64,000 nt of DNA from Paramoeba atlantica (GCA_977017575.1 CDRNVI010000009.1:695649-759648), one strand, 5' to 3'. Counted from the stretch's first letter, positions 33,592 to 44,875 are shown. Numbers and translations: made by a program. The notes: a model not told the origin generated them from the sequence alone.

Positions 33592-33755
33592 AAAAGTCAA
33601 CTTATTTTTGGTTATATTGACGGATTGTGCACGTTTCTCTCTCTCTCTCTCTTAAAGGAAGACCTTATTGTACGATATTCCAAATTTCTGTTACTGCCTT
33701 GTAACCCTTCTTATTTCTTTCAGTTACAAGGAGAAAGCATAATAATACTATACCC

Positions 33756-34075
33756 CTCCCGCTTATGAGTTCCCCCAATTCTGGTACGCTTATGAGTTCT
33801 TTTTTCTAAGGCGAATGTTTTTGTACCCACTTTTCGCGAAGCGATTTTTTTGGCTCGGAACGAAAATTCATAAAATTCCCAACAACTGTACGTCAGGCTG
33901 CTCTACAGAATCGCTCACAGAGCGGATAATCTTTTTAGCGCCAGTATCATTGTCAAGGAGAACCCGCGACGCGAAGCGCCACGGGCCCGAATTTTCGCGT
34001 TTTCATGGCTCGATTTCTGGCATGGTACCTTATGAGTACCTTTTTCTCAAAACCGGGGAACTCATAAGCAGGGAG
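33756..34075. mobile_element. MITE-like element, about 320 bp
   Basis: TIRs ctcccgcttatgagttcccc (33756) and ggggaactcataagcagggag (34055-34075). Internal copies of cttatgagt at about 33788 and 34029. No coding capacity. Confidence 0.65.
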
Positions 34076-34247
34076 TTAAGTGTTCATTTACTTATAGTAC
34101 AGATATTTAAGCTTCATCGGAAAAATTAAGCGAACTTAATAATGCGCGCACAATACGCGCTTTCCGACGACTATCATTCCCCATCACCCGCCGCAGCGTC
34201 ATTCGCGTTCCAAGAAGGAGAATCACGGTTTTGAAAGATAATACATA

Positions 34248-35624
34248 CAGGGGTGAAAATCCCATGGTGGGGGGGGTCTAAAATTCGTAAAATTTGTCCA
34301 ATTTTGGAAAATAATAGCGCGTTCGAGAGCTCTCGCAGAGTTGTATGTTTTAAGATAGGCAGTTTGCGGTGGTTAGGGGGGTACCCCCCTTTGATGGAAG
34401 GGTCAAAAACACGATTTGCAAATTTGAAAAACTGTAAAAAATGGTCAAACATTACCCTTAATACCCACAGGAAGACCCGTTTCGCTCAATAACGATGCGA
34501 CAACGCTTGCGGAAACTGCTCATCGTGTTAATACATTCTTGCTTGCGTTCTGATTGTAATCTTTCGAACGCTGTCTCAATGGCCGATACTAATTCAGCCC
34601 GATTCTTGGGTCGAAGATCATTTTTGATCCTGTCCATGGTCCCCCAAAGGTTTTCAATGGTGTTTAAATCGGGGGATTTTGCAGGCCAAGAGAGTACATT
34701 AATACCTTCGTTGCGAAAGGTTGTTCGCGCAGAATTATGAACAGGACAATTATCAAGGATACCAAGGTTCTAGCTCTCCCTGCTGTTCCTTGGCGGGGTC
34801 AGTCTTCCGGCAAAGGTAAGTAGTAATTTTGTTTCGTCCCCTACCGCAAGTGAACTTCTTCTCATCGCAGAAAACAATTTGTCTCAGTTGGGTATCTGAC
34901 CAAGTGAGCATCTCAGAACAAAAATGCACTCGTTTCCTCTTGTGTTCATCGGTCAGTGCGGGCTTTCTTTTTAAAGTTCGCATGATCATACCATGGCTCT
35001 TCATGGCGTTAACCAAAGTTGGTCTTGAACACTGAAATCCAAGAGAAAGCACAACTCTATGGAGTGCACACCAGTTCTCAGTCCCGTACGGGAGGTCACG
35101 GTATCCCTCATCAATGAGGCGGATAGCTGCTTCGTGCAGCGCAGGGGTACTGACAGGAGATGGGCGTGAAATAGGAGAGCTTTCCACGTCTCCAGTGTTC
35201 TCATAGCGTATCACAAGATGTTTTACTGTATTTTCGTGGACGCCGAAGTTTTGGGCTGTCCGAGAATAGGACCCTGTCTCAAGATAATCTGAGACAAGAA
35301 GCATACGGTGACTTGGTATCACCCGTGCGGGGGAGGAATAGGACCTGTCGCTGAGTACTCCACGTGAGGTTCGGGAACGAATCCGTTTCTGGGGCATATA
35401 GTGCTAATATTGACTGAAAAACAGCTAAAAACTGAAAAAACGTAAATTTGGGCAAGAAACAAAATCATGATTTTTTTTGTCTCATCGTTTCATGTTGAGT
35501 CACAGGCCGCAAATAGTGCTAAAACATACAACTCTGTGAGATCTCTCGAATGCGCTATTACTTTCCAAAATTGGATAATTTTTACGAATTTTAGACCCCC
35601 CCCACCACGAGGTTTTCACCCCTG
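34248..35624 (-). mobile_element. Tc1/mariner DNA transposon, 1377 bp, internally deleted
   Basis: TIRs of about 105 bp (CAGGGGTGAAAA..GTGGGGGGGTCTAAAATTCGTAAAA..CCAATTTTGGAAA..ATAGCGC..CGAGAG..CAGAGTTGTATGTTTT), flanked by TA at 34246-47 and 35625-26. Contains a transposase. Confidence 0.93.
34458..35397 (-). pseudogene. Tc1-family transposase with internal deletion and frameshift
   Basis: HTH region (SYSRTAQNFGVHENTVKHLVIRY), LKRKPALT..HKRKRVHF, IVFCDEKKF (first D). After a frameshift near 34760: LDNCPVH (second D) and WPAKSPDLNTIENLWG (E). About 55 aa are missing between the first and second D. Confidence 0.9.
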
Positions 35625-36244
35625 TATATAACTACCGCGTAGTACCCTGTAGACCATTGATTCTCGACACGCGCTCGCCGGGCTCTTGTTGCAGTGAGAC
35701 TACCGCGTCAGGGCGCTGCAGGGTCCCGGCCTCGACAAGCCAATGTGGGGGGTTCCTGAGACCTGGGAGATCAAAGTGTATGCTGTGGGTCTCATTTGAG
35801 CTCATAACGGCTTTAGCTAGAGCCCTTAGCACCAAATCGTGGCGCAGGGTGTATCGTGGCGCAGGGTGTGTTGATTTATCGTACTAACTGTTATCCCCAC
35901 TCGGGGCATGCCTACCCACACCTCCCCCAACGCCCCCCAGGCGCCAAACGACCTCCATCGAGGATATGCCAGCGCAACCCCATCACAACCGCAATCGTTA
36001 CACTTCGTTCAAAGCAGGGAGGGTATAGTAATAATGCGTGTATGTAGTAGAGTTACATTGAAAATTCCATTTTTACTCGCTTCGTTAAAAGTGGTGGTTG
36101 TTTTACAACTTAGGCACTACTTTCGAGACGAACAATCCTCTGAGTTTAACGAAGGAACTAAAAAAGAAAATAAATGGGAGAAACGAAAGTCCATTGTTTG
36201 GGTGTAAAAATACAATTTCTAGACCAAAAAATACCGCCCCCGCC

Positions 36245-36350
36245 CTCCAGATTTCGGTCGTTTTTGGAGCCTCACAAGTAGGGGTAGGAGGAACATCTGA
36301 TAGAAAAAACGTCGGAGAACGGTAGCTCCGGCCCCAAACACTCAAAATAC
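36245..36350 (-). repeat. Inverted copy of the dispersed repeat family
   Basis: Reverse complement cgtattttgagtgtttggggccggagctaccgttctccgacgttttttc...cccctact aligns with 43160-43265. Confidence 0.65.
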
Positions 36351-36520
36351 GTTGTAGGAGTCAATTGCAGAAAATAATTTTGTTTTCATTTTTTGTCAAA
36401 TATACCTTTTTTTGGTCACACTACGTAATAGTATACAGCAGTGAGTTGTATCCCATAGTTTGAGAAGCCTTTTAATATTGTTACTCATTTCAATCTTTTT
36501 ATTAGCTCCTTTTGGATTGT

Positions 36521-37761
36521 ATGAATTCTATTTTTCGATGCGCAGACGGTGGGCGCCAGTGTTCAGGGAAAATCCGAGGGAATGCCATGCCTCATGAATA
36601 CGATTAAGTACGTTTTGTTGGGAATATTACGAATCCAGATCCTTCCTGGACGTTGGCGGCGGATGTTTGCTCGTGGCATGGCATTAAGTGCGACAAGAGT
36701 GGGGCGATTCGTAAGATATTTTGGTCATACTGGATCCGTTCTCATAATGGTACACTTGATCAAAGCCCCGCCATTCACGGGAAAAGCCCCGCCATTGACA
36801 TGGAAGTTTATGCCCCGTACAGTGCAAGAATTTTCTTCACTTGGGCAGGCCGAGCTGGTTGGCCAGATTTGTCTCTCTGACTTCGTAGCTTCCTTGATCG
36901 AATTTGAAGTTATGTGTAATTCTCATCATGGCGAAATAGATCTTACAGTCTTACCTCCACAAATCGAATCTGTACCTTGTTGCCCTTCCTTTCTTTTCCC
37001 GGAAACGGGCATATTCTTACTTTTAAATGCCCGTTTCCGGCTGACGGCTAGCTGGAACTGTCCCTCTTTGTCGCGGAAGTAGGGGACGCACTTCGCACTC
37101 TTCACCCCTCCCCGGCTCGCTCTCTTCGAGTGAGCTTTCTTCCCTCCCCGGCTCTCTACTTCTCGTGCTTTCTTATCCCGGGAGCTATGCGCCATGGTGG
37201 CCTCCTTTGAGGACCACTGGGCGTGCTACAGCGGGAGGACACGTTGTATGCGTGTATAGGGGATGCGAACTTGCACCCCTCTCTCCCTACATGCTGTAGC
37301 GAGTGCGGCGGTAACGGACCTCCCCATGATGCATCATGATCCACGATAGACCATCTGACAGCATGAACCCACGGCTTGACCGTGTTGCAGCATGAACCAT
37401 GGCTATACGTGCTGTAGCATGACCGATGGGCGACTCGTCTCCTACCTCGCACTCCACTCTCTGTGTGACACCCGTCGTATGCGGGTCATGCGCCGATGGT
37501 ATCGGCCGTCACACAGAGAGACGTATCTCTGCGCCACGAGCGTATGATCATAACCTTTCATACAACAAGTTGTCCGGGGGGCTCGATTTTAGTTGCCTTC
37601 CACCAGGTTTACAAGTACTGTCCCTGAGCGCGAATGATTTCTCAGGCCGTGTGAATTTTTCAAACCTTCCACCTTCCCTTACTTCCCTTAATTTGTCGCA
37701 GAATGAGCATCTAATCGTTTCTTCACCCGTTCCTTCGTTTGTAAGTCTTGATACGGTGTAA
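36521..37761 (+). pseudogene. LRR-family pseudogene (copy 3) split by an insertion
   Basis: ADGGRQCSGKIRGNAMPHEYD* (in-frame TAA), ADVCSWHGIKCD cap, and a frameshift at a duplicated aaagccccgccatt. LRR LPPQIESV resumes as NLSYNKLSG after a 577-bp insert. Confidence 0.85.
36975..37551. mobile_element. Non-coding insertion with subterminal hairpins and no clear TIR or TSD
   Basis: Interrupts the LRR frame between GTA and AAC. Perfect 14-bp stem at 36999-37040. Branched stem at 37457-37520. Confidence 0.6.
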
Positions 37762-38094
37762 ACTACAATGAAAGGTTTATTTATAAAGGGTTTCAGTTGA
37801 TCTTGTTGTAGTTCAACTTGAGTTAAGTTTGTTCATGGATCTTAACCTCGGTTGTCTCCACAGGTGTTCGCGAAGGTTGTCTTCATGTCGTGTATATTCA
37901 TACACTATATTCACTGTATTTTTTCACTCATGATGCTGCATGGCATACACGTTCAGAAAATCTGTACAATTCCTTTATTCGCCCCACTAATCAATCACTT
38001 AGTGCAGCAGAACCCTAAAAATAATGAGGTGGTAAAGCACTCTCTGAATATGATATTTACGATCAAACCTGTACATTTTAATAAATAATTCTCC

Positions 38095-39270
38095 ATGCCT
38101 TCACCTCTGTTCGATATTTTGTTACCACTTGCGGTTTTTAGTCTTTTGTGCTACCAGCTAACATCCCGCTTTCTTCCTCCGTGTTGTGAGATCCTTAAGA
38201 GGCGCGGTATTTATGGTATCGACATTAATAAGATTACCACTGAGGAGCTCAACAGACTGAGAAAACTACGTGACGTGCGCAGCACGGCATTTTTACTGCA
38301 ACAAGTGTCTTTTGCTCCGCGCCTCATACCGGAGAGCGCTGGACTTATCACAGGATGTTTTTGTATTGTCACAATAATTCTATGTGCATTATTTTTTTCC
38401 ATCCCACTTCGAGAGCTACACGCCGCACTTTGCTCTCTTTCCCTGACGCTTCTTCTTGGCTTTGTGGATGATGTGCTGGATGTCCGTTGGCGATATAAAC
38501 TTATTCTCTCGATATTATCCACTGTTCCCCTTGTGACGAGTTATTCCGGAAGTACCACACTTTTACTCCCCATACCAATGCGTGGAGGACTGATTGCCAA
38601 CATCCTCGGATTTTTTTTTCACATGCCTTCACATGAGAGTGTAAACCTTGGATGGGTCTATCTTTTGGTTCTAATGTCTCTTTGTGTCTTCTGTGCAAAT
38701 TCAATTAATATTTTAGCTGGTGTGAATGGAGTAGAAGCCGGACAGTCTATTCTAATTGCATTTTCCCTTTCAATACACTGTATTGTCCAGTTTATCAAAG
38801 GTGAACAAGAGGCCTCGAAACTCACTTTGACTCTCACTTTGTTGCTTCCGTTTATTTCAACGACGCTCGCACTTTTAAAATATAATAAATATCCGGCTCG
38901 TATTTTTCCTGGAGACAGCTTCACATATTTTGCTGGAATGCTTCTTGCCGTAAGTTCCTTTATTGGCCAATGCCCAAAAACAATGTTACTGTTCTTTGTG
39001 CCTCAAATCTTGAATTTTCTTATTAGCTTGCCACAGTTGTTTGGTATCATGCACTGTCCTAAGCACCGAGTACCACGCTGGATCAAGGAAAAAGATGCGC
39101 TAACGAACTCTCATAATTACACTCTTCTCAACGCGTTGCTTTATGTCATGGGAGACATGCATGAGCGTTCTCTTACTGTTGTAGTAATGATTTTTCAATT
39201 TTTCTGCTCGCTTTTTGCATTTTTTACTCGATACTATTTAGCCCACCTTCTGTACGAGGAGGTTAAGTAA
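38095..39270 (+). CDS. ALG7: UDP-GlcNAc:dolichyl-phosphate GlcNAc-1-phosphate transferase (GPT)
   Basis: GIDINK, IPESAG, LLGFVDDVLDVRWRYKL, FCANSINILAGVNGVEAGQ, FPGDSFTYFAG and CPKHRVP; multiple transmembrane segments. Confidence 0.95.
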   Translation: MPSPLFDILLPLAVFSLLCYQLTSRFLPPCCEILKRRGIYGIDINKITTEELNRLRKLRDVRSTAFLLQQVSFAPRLIPESAGLITGCFCIVTIILCALFFSIPLRELHAALCSLSLTLLLGFVDDVLDVRWRYKLILSILSTVPLVTSYSGSTTLLLPIPMRGGLIANILGFFFHMPSHESVNLGWVYLLVLMSLCVFCANSINILAGVNGVEAGQSILIAFSLSIHCIVQFIKGEQEASKLTLTLTLLLPFISTTLALLKYNKYPARIFPGDSFTYFAGMLLAVSSFIGQCPKTMLLFFVPQILNFLISLPQLFGIMHCPKHRVPRWIKEKDALTNSHNYTLLNALLYVMGDMHERSLTVVVMIFQFFCSLFAFFTRYYLAHLLYEEVK

Positions 39271-39572
39271 CGCGAAAGCGAAGCCGGATACAAATATCGC
39301 CCGCAAATAATAATCACACGACGTCACTATGGTGGCTGGGAAGCAGATTTAATTGAAGGTGCAAAGAAAAGTTAAAGTGATCCTGACCCTTTGTGAACGG
39401 CAGAGTAGGTTTGTTGTCCGTGTAAAAACAATGGGGTTAACTATGGTGAAAATGTACCCTAAAAATAGAAATTTTTAAATTTCGTTGTAATGAAAAACGA
39501 ATGTGATTTTAGGTTATTCCAAGATATTCTAAGACACTTTAAGACGATTTTCCGCCATATACGCAATAATAA

Positions 39573-40256
39573 TTATCGTAGCCCTCTAAGATCACCACGC
39601 GTAAACTCAGATTTCGAAAAAACTGGGTGATCTTCATTGACAAGGAGTTTCTTCATTAAAACGAAGTAAACATGCTTACATCTATTACCGCGACGTCCGT
39701 CAGGACAAGTGCATTCAGTGCCCCCAGTACCAATGTACATGTATATCGTATAATGGCGGTCCGTAGATCCTTGAATCATGTACTTATAATTTCCCATCTC
39801 AGTCATTCCATATCTACGCTTTAGGCGGATGTGCTCCGACATTGCTCGGCCTAATCGTGTACTGGGTGCCTCAGGGTCGGAGTCATCACTCAGGTCATCA
39901 GAATCCATGTCAACAGGGCCTTCAGTTATATCGTTCGAGTCGCATGAATTCGATTCATTTTCGTCCACTGCGCTATTTCCTTGAGCAATCAGCAGCCAAC
40001 TCCGAAATTTGGCGACTATTTGGGATTTAGAACGGAAAAAAGGGTCAAATTCGGGTATGTTTAAATAGCATTTAGAGCCATCTTCAAGCTTCTTGAAGCT
40101 TTGCTTTTTACGAGGCCTCTCTCCGCAGCGAATACAAGGTGTATTTGCCCCAAAACAGTGGTTCTTTAGCCAGAGAAAGACATTTTCCGCTATTATTTGC
40201 AAAATTGAAGTGACAAAGACTAGGCAAGCCAACGTGGTGCACCCCGGACAATCCAT
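39573..40256 (-). CDS. SWIM zinc-finger protein (antisense to the cluster)
   Basis: RLGRAMSEHI...IQGSTDRHYTI...CTCPD...RCKHVYFVLMK is a ZSWIM2/MEKK1-type SWIM domain. A T-rich tract plus AG lies upstream on the minus strand. Confidence 0.75.
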   Translation of the reverse strand: MDCPGCTTLACLVFVTSILQIIAENVFLWLKNHCFGANTPCIRCGERPRKKQSFKKLEDGSKCYLNIPEFDPFFRSKSQIVAKFRSWLLIAQGNSAVDENESNSCDSNDITEGPVDMDSDDLSDDSDPEAPSTRLGRAMSEHIRLKRRYGMTEMGNYKYMIQGSTDRHYTIYMYIGTGGTECTCPDGRRGNRCKHVYFVLMKKLLVNEDHPVFSKSEFTRGDLRGLR

Positions 40257-41074
40257 ACAGAGAAGAACGGATCAAAAACTCAAGAAAAAACGGGTGCAGT
40301 CAATAAAATAACCGAATGCGATGATTATGAGAACATTTTTCTTCAATTTTTTTTCATGAAAAAATAAAACTTTTAGGGTACATTTTCACCATAGAATACC
40401 CAAACAATGTTACACTGAGTATGCGAAAATCTTGATATCCGGAACACACCCATATTTTTCAAATTTTTGTTACGCTGAGTACGACAAAAATGTGTTGCAC
40501 TGAGTATGACAATCCACATACAGTGGACACATACAGTGTGTATAAGTGGGGCCACGAAAACTGATTAGCCTCGCATTTTAACCTTATGAGGCCGTATGAG
40601 CTCATTTTTGTTGCCAACGAAAGATCTCATTCTGAAAAAATTCTACACTATTTAAAGTACAAAAACATTCGCCGGAAAACGTTTCCAACGAGTCGGAAAA
40701 CTGAAAATATTAAGATTTTGCAATGTGGAAAATGGGTCTAAAATAGTAATTTTTCCTGCCTACACTCCAAAAAGTACTCGAAAAGTAGGTCTTCATACCC
40801 AGTATTCCCACCTCCACGCTCGCATTGTAAATTTACAACGAGGCGCGTGGGAATATTCTATAACGTGTTCATACACGTATACGCTTCGTGACACTCGTTC
40901 AAAAAAACGCACTCCCAGAGACAGAGCTCTCCGAGAGACGGTTCATCATGCGTGCTGTATCGGCAGTAGTTATCACGCGGTCTTTCGTATGCGTAGAGAA
41001 TGCGAACAGGATAAGAACACTTTTCTGGGGATAACTGGCGGCATATTTTTTGCGATACGAATTTTTGTACTAAC

Positions 41075-41900
41075 TTTCGCCGCCGTTGAAATTCTCCTGC
41101 AATGGAGAGTCTCCAGGTAGTCCCTTTGAGCGTTCAAAAATCATCACCGCTGCTGATGTTGTTGAATGATTTCGCCGCTGTTGAAATTCTCCTGCAATGG
41201 AGAGTCTGCAGGTACCGTAGACCCCCCCAGTAATAGACTGCCTCCAGTAACAAGGATTTGACCCTTTCTCGGCTGACCCCCAGTAACAAGGATTTGTCTC
41301 GGGAGGGTCGTTGGAGGGGGGAGGGGGTGTTTGGCCGGGTAGGGGTGTTTGGGCGGGGTGAGGGCGGTTGCGAGGGAGGGAATCGCGTGGTTGCGGGGTT
41401 GGATGGTCTGAAAATCAACGCACTAATGAACAAAAAAGGTCCTTTCTCACCCAAAAAGTATACCCCCCAGTAACAAGGATTTGGCCATTTTGGTCCAAAA
41501 TGGATTCTATTACTGGGGGGTCTACGGCCCTTTGGGCGTTCGAAAATGATTACCGGTCTCTTCTGATCCACACTGATCTCCACCGACCTGCACGGCGAAT
41601 ATTTGCATACTATCCAGTGTACTGTACATCAGAGGAGCTCTCCTGCCACCTACTGTACGCCTTCGAAATGATCAGTGCACCAGCGTGCGGCACCACCGAG
41701 ATGTTATTTAGTTCCATAATCTCTCTGCCTTCCTCGTATATAAATATTCGTGGTGTGCCTCGCCACGTTTCTGCTTGTGGGCTGCCGTCAGTCGGGTACC
41801 ACTTGATTTCAATGATTACCGGGCGAATGCGCAGGATAGCTGCGATTTCATCGATTTTGCCCTGTATCTCTTGTCCGGTCAGTGGAGTGGGCATATCCAC
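41075..41900 (-). pseudogene. Antisense coding relic with a 96-bp tandem duplication, disrupted by a MITE
   Basis: PVIIFERPKG|PADSPLQENFNSGE and VMIFERSKGLPGDSPLQENFNGGE are repeated; the MITE interrupts one copy. Confidence 0.4.
41215..41527. mobile_element. MITE with CCGTAGACCCCCCAGTAATAGA TIRs (pogo/Tc2-like termini)
   Basis: Left end TA|ccgtagacccccccagtaataga; right end tctattactggggggtctacgg. Three internal ccagtaacaaggattt repeats. Homologous left end at 62762. Confidence 0.8.
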
Positions 41901-42709
41901 GTTGGACGATGACGTTTGCTCCGCAGTTTGCGTTGGACGGACCGTTGGTAGTCGTTGCGCATGAGATGTCGGACGCGGCGGTTCTGAAACGGTATCCGCA
42001 GGCCTGTATTGTTGCGCAACGCTATGTTCCTGAATTCGTTGTTGCAGCTCACACGCTCGTGTGGCAGCGTGTTCTGCGGAGATGGAAATGGCGACATTAA
42101 GACGAGGTTAGCAGGAGGATTAAGAGGAGGTTAGCAATTCGCCCAGGAGGACTGTACTCATGCAAGTTGGGAGGATAAATTTGAAACTTGCGCAGCGAGC
42201 TGCTGTACTATTTGTTCAAGAGAATTCTGCGCTGCTGCCGCTGACTGGATCTTCTTGATTGGCATTCCTCCGGGCTTTGACTGGAGGCGTCTCCACCTGT
42301 CGCGTAGGTCGTGAGGCCCAAGATTTCGGCGATGACGTGCGGGGGGTGCTGGGGGGAGTTAGGGCTCACCCCGATCCGCGGCTTCTCGTGCTTGCGAGCG
42401 GGTGACAATCATTCCTCAAAGTTTTTTAAATGCTGGATACGAAAAATGATGCTATAATGGCTGAAAAGTGCTTTTTGAAACTGTTCAATGTATCATAATA
42501 AATTATGTTTACAATATGAAAATCACTATCGCATGTTAACATATCACACGCCGCGAAGCGACGCGAAAATTTATTTTACCTCATCATGGCAATTGGGGTA
42601 GCCATCCAAAAGGGGAACGCCCAGATAGCGCACGCCGCGGTTCAAAATTGGTACCGGAGGGGCGTGCGCTAACTGGGCCACGGTGAAAAAAAATGTCTAA
42701 TTTCTTGTA

Positions 42710-44574
42710 TAACTACCGCAGGATTGTTAATAAGTCAGTTCGGTAATAATAAATGCGGTGGTTGTATAACTACCGCTCTACCCTCGATTATAAAAAAAAA
42801 GTGAACAAAAACAGTGAAAATATAAAGAGAAACACAGTAATATAATAGAAGAAAAAAATATAAAAAGGGGCCCCGGTGGTCCAAAACTGAAAAAAAAAAT
42901 TCAAAAAAATGTGGGGTCCATGGGGGGGGGGGTATACGTCGCGAATTTTTTTTCGAATTTTTTGCTTTTTAAAATCGAGCGCAGGGAAGTGGTAGAGTAG
43001 GCCGCGGCGATAATTTTCCACCGCCCCCCTGGGGGTACCCCACCCTGGTACACGCAGGAGGGGTCCGACAAGGTCAAAATTTCCGAAATTTTTAGGGTGA
43101 CCAATTGTTTTTTTTTGACCCCAAAAAAAGTAAAAATATTATTATTATCGACTCCTAAATCGTATTCGGAGAGTTTGGGACCTCAGCTACCATTCTACGA
43201 CGCTTTTTTCGACAGAGTCGACTCCTGCCCCTACTGGGAAGGCATCCAAAACGGCCCAAATTCGGTGTAAAATTTCGCAATTTTTGCCGAAAAATCGAAC
43301 TTTTCCCCCAAAAAAGTTGATTATTCATGATCTTTTCACGATTTTTCTTTTTTAGGCTCTTCGTTAAACGCGGTGGTTTTCAACGCGAAGCGCGCATCAT
43401 GAGTGACTTCGAAGTTGAAAACGACCACCGCGTTTAACGAAGAGCCTAAAAAAGAAAATTGATCAATTGCGGTGGTTGTATAACTACCGCTCTACCCTCG
43501 ATTATTGAAAAGAAAGTGAACAAAAACAGTGAAAATATAAAGGGGAAGACAGTAATAAATTCTTCTATTATAACAGAAGAAAAATATATAAAAGGGGCTC
43601 CGGTGGTCCAAAACCCTTGGGGGGTCCATGAGGGGGCATACCGCACGAATTTTTTTTTCGAATTTTTTTTTTCGAAACAATTATTTTTGAACAAAATTAT
43701 TTTTGATAGATTGCGGTCGTTGTAAAACTACCGCTCTACACTCGATTATTGAAAAAAAAGTGAACAAAAACAGTGAAAATATAAAGGGGAACACAGTAAT
43801 ATAATAGAAGAAAAAAATACAAAAGGGGGCTCCGGTCGTCCAAAACTGAAAAAAAAAAATTGAAAAAAATGGGGGGTCCAGGGGGGGGTGTCATGGTCGA
43901 GCAATTTTTTTCGAAAAAATTAGTTTTCGATAAAAAACCGCAGAAAGGGTAGCCGGGGTGTTGGCGCGCATTTTCCACGCCCCTACCCGGGGGTGACCCC
44001 CCCGCGTATCAGCAGGACGGGTCCGCCAAGTTGGAATTTTTCGGAAAAAAAATTTTGAAAAAAAATTCAACTTGGCGAAAAAAATGGCAAAAAAAATATT
44101 TTTCCAAAATCGTTTCCCCTATTGTATTTTGATAGTTTGGGACCAACACTAGCTTTCTACGCCGTTGTTTTCGCAAGGCATTACTTTCTCGAACCGTGGT
44201 GCGCCCCTCAAAATGACCCATTTTTGACTAAAAAATGTGAAACCGTATTTTTCGGACCTTGAGGGGCATTTTTATGTCGAAAGAATGGTATGGTTGGAGT
44301 CGTATTCTCTACCTAATACGTTCGGTAGGCTTTCATTCATGCCTACGAGTGATTTCCCACGCGCAAATGTCGGATTTAGTGCTCTGACAGCAAAAATACG
44401 CGAAAATCACCCCATTTTTACCCAAAATTCGGCTATTTTTGGCTATGATCTTTCCGTTTTCCAGGCTAAATTTTCTTTTTTAAGCTCTTCGTTAAACGCA
44501 GCGGTAGTTTTCAACGCGAAGCGCGCAGCATGAGTGACTTCTAAGTTGAAAACAACCACCGCGTTTAACGAAGA
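42710..44574. repeat. Head-to-tail array of related AT-rich units joined at gcggtggttg-TA-taactaccgc palindromes
   Basis: Units begin taactaccgc at about 42710, 42767, 43481 and 43725. The last three share ccctcgattat...gtgaacaaaaacagtgaaaatataaag...ggtccaaaac. Unit lengths are about 55, 710, 245 and more than 750 bp. Confidence 0.85.
43343..43458. repeat. About 116-bp near-perfect hairpin; second copy at 44471-44574, continuing at 45707-45722
   Basis: Arm ttttcttttttaggctcttcgttaaacgcggtggttttcaac pairs with gttgaaaacgaccaccgcgtttaacgaagagcctaaaaaagaaaa. Confidence 0.9.
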
Positions 44575-44580
44575 CCCACT

Positions 44581-44875
44581 CGCACATTGATAATGCATAG
44601 TTACTGCACATTGATAATGCATAACGTACCGCACATTGATAATGCATATAGCACATTAATAATGCATATAGCACATTGATAATGCATATAGCACATTGAT
44701 AGTGCATACTAAGCGGCACATTGATATTGCATAGTTACTGCACATTGATAATGCATATAGCACATTGATAATGCATATAGCACATTGATATTGCATACAG
44801 CACATTGATAATGCATACAGCACATTGATAATGCATACAGCACATTGATAATGCATACAGCACATTGATGATGCA
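44581..44875 (+). repeat. Tandem array, 20-bp unit GCACATTGATAATGCATATA (about 14 copies, with variants)
   Basis: 20-bp periodicity is directly visible; variant units contain gttact or actaagcg. Confidence 0.97.

Noticed and set aside
35765-35795. U2 snRNA-like gatcaaagtgtatgctg
   Set aside because: The upstream U2 stem I (ttctcggcc...ggctaag) and an Sm site are missing.
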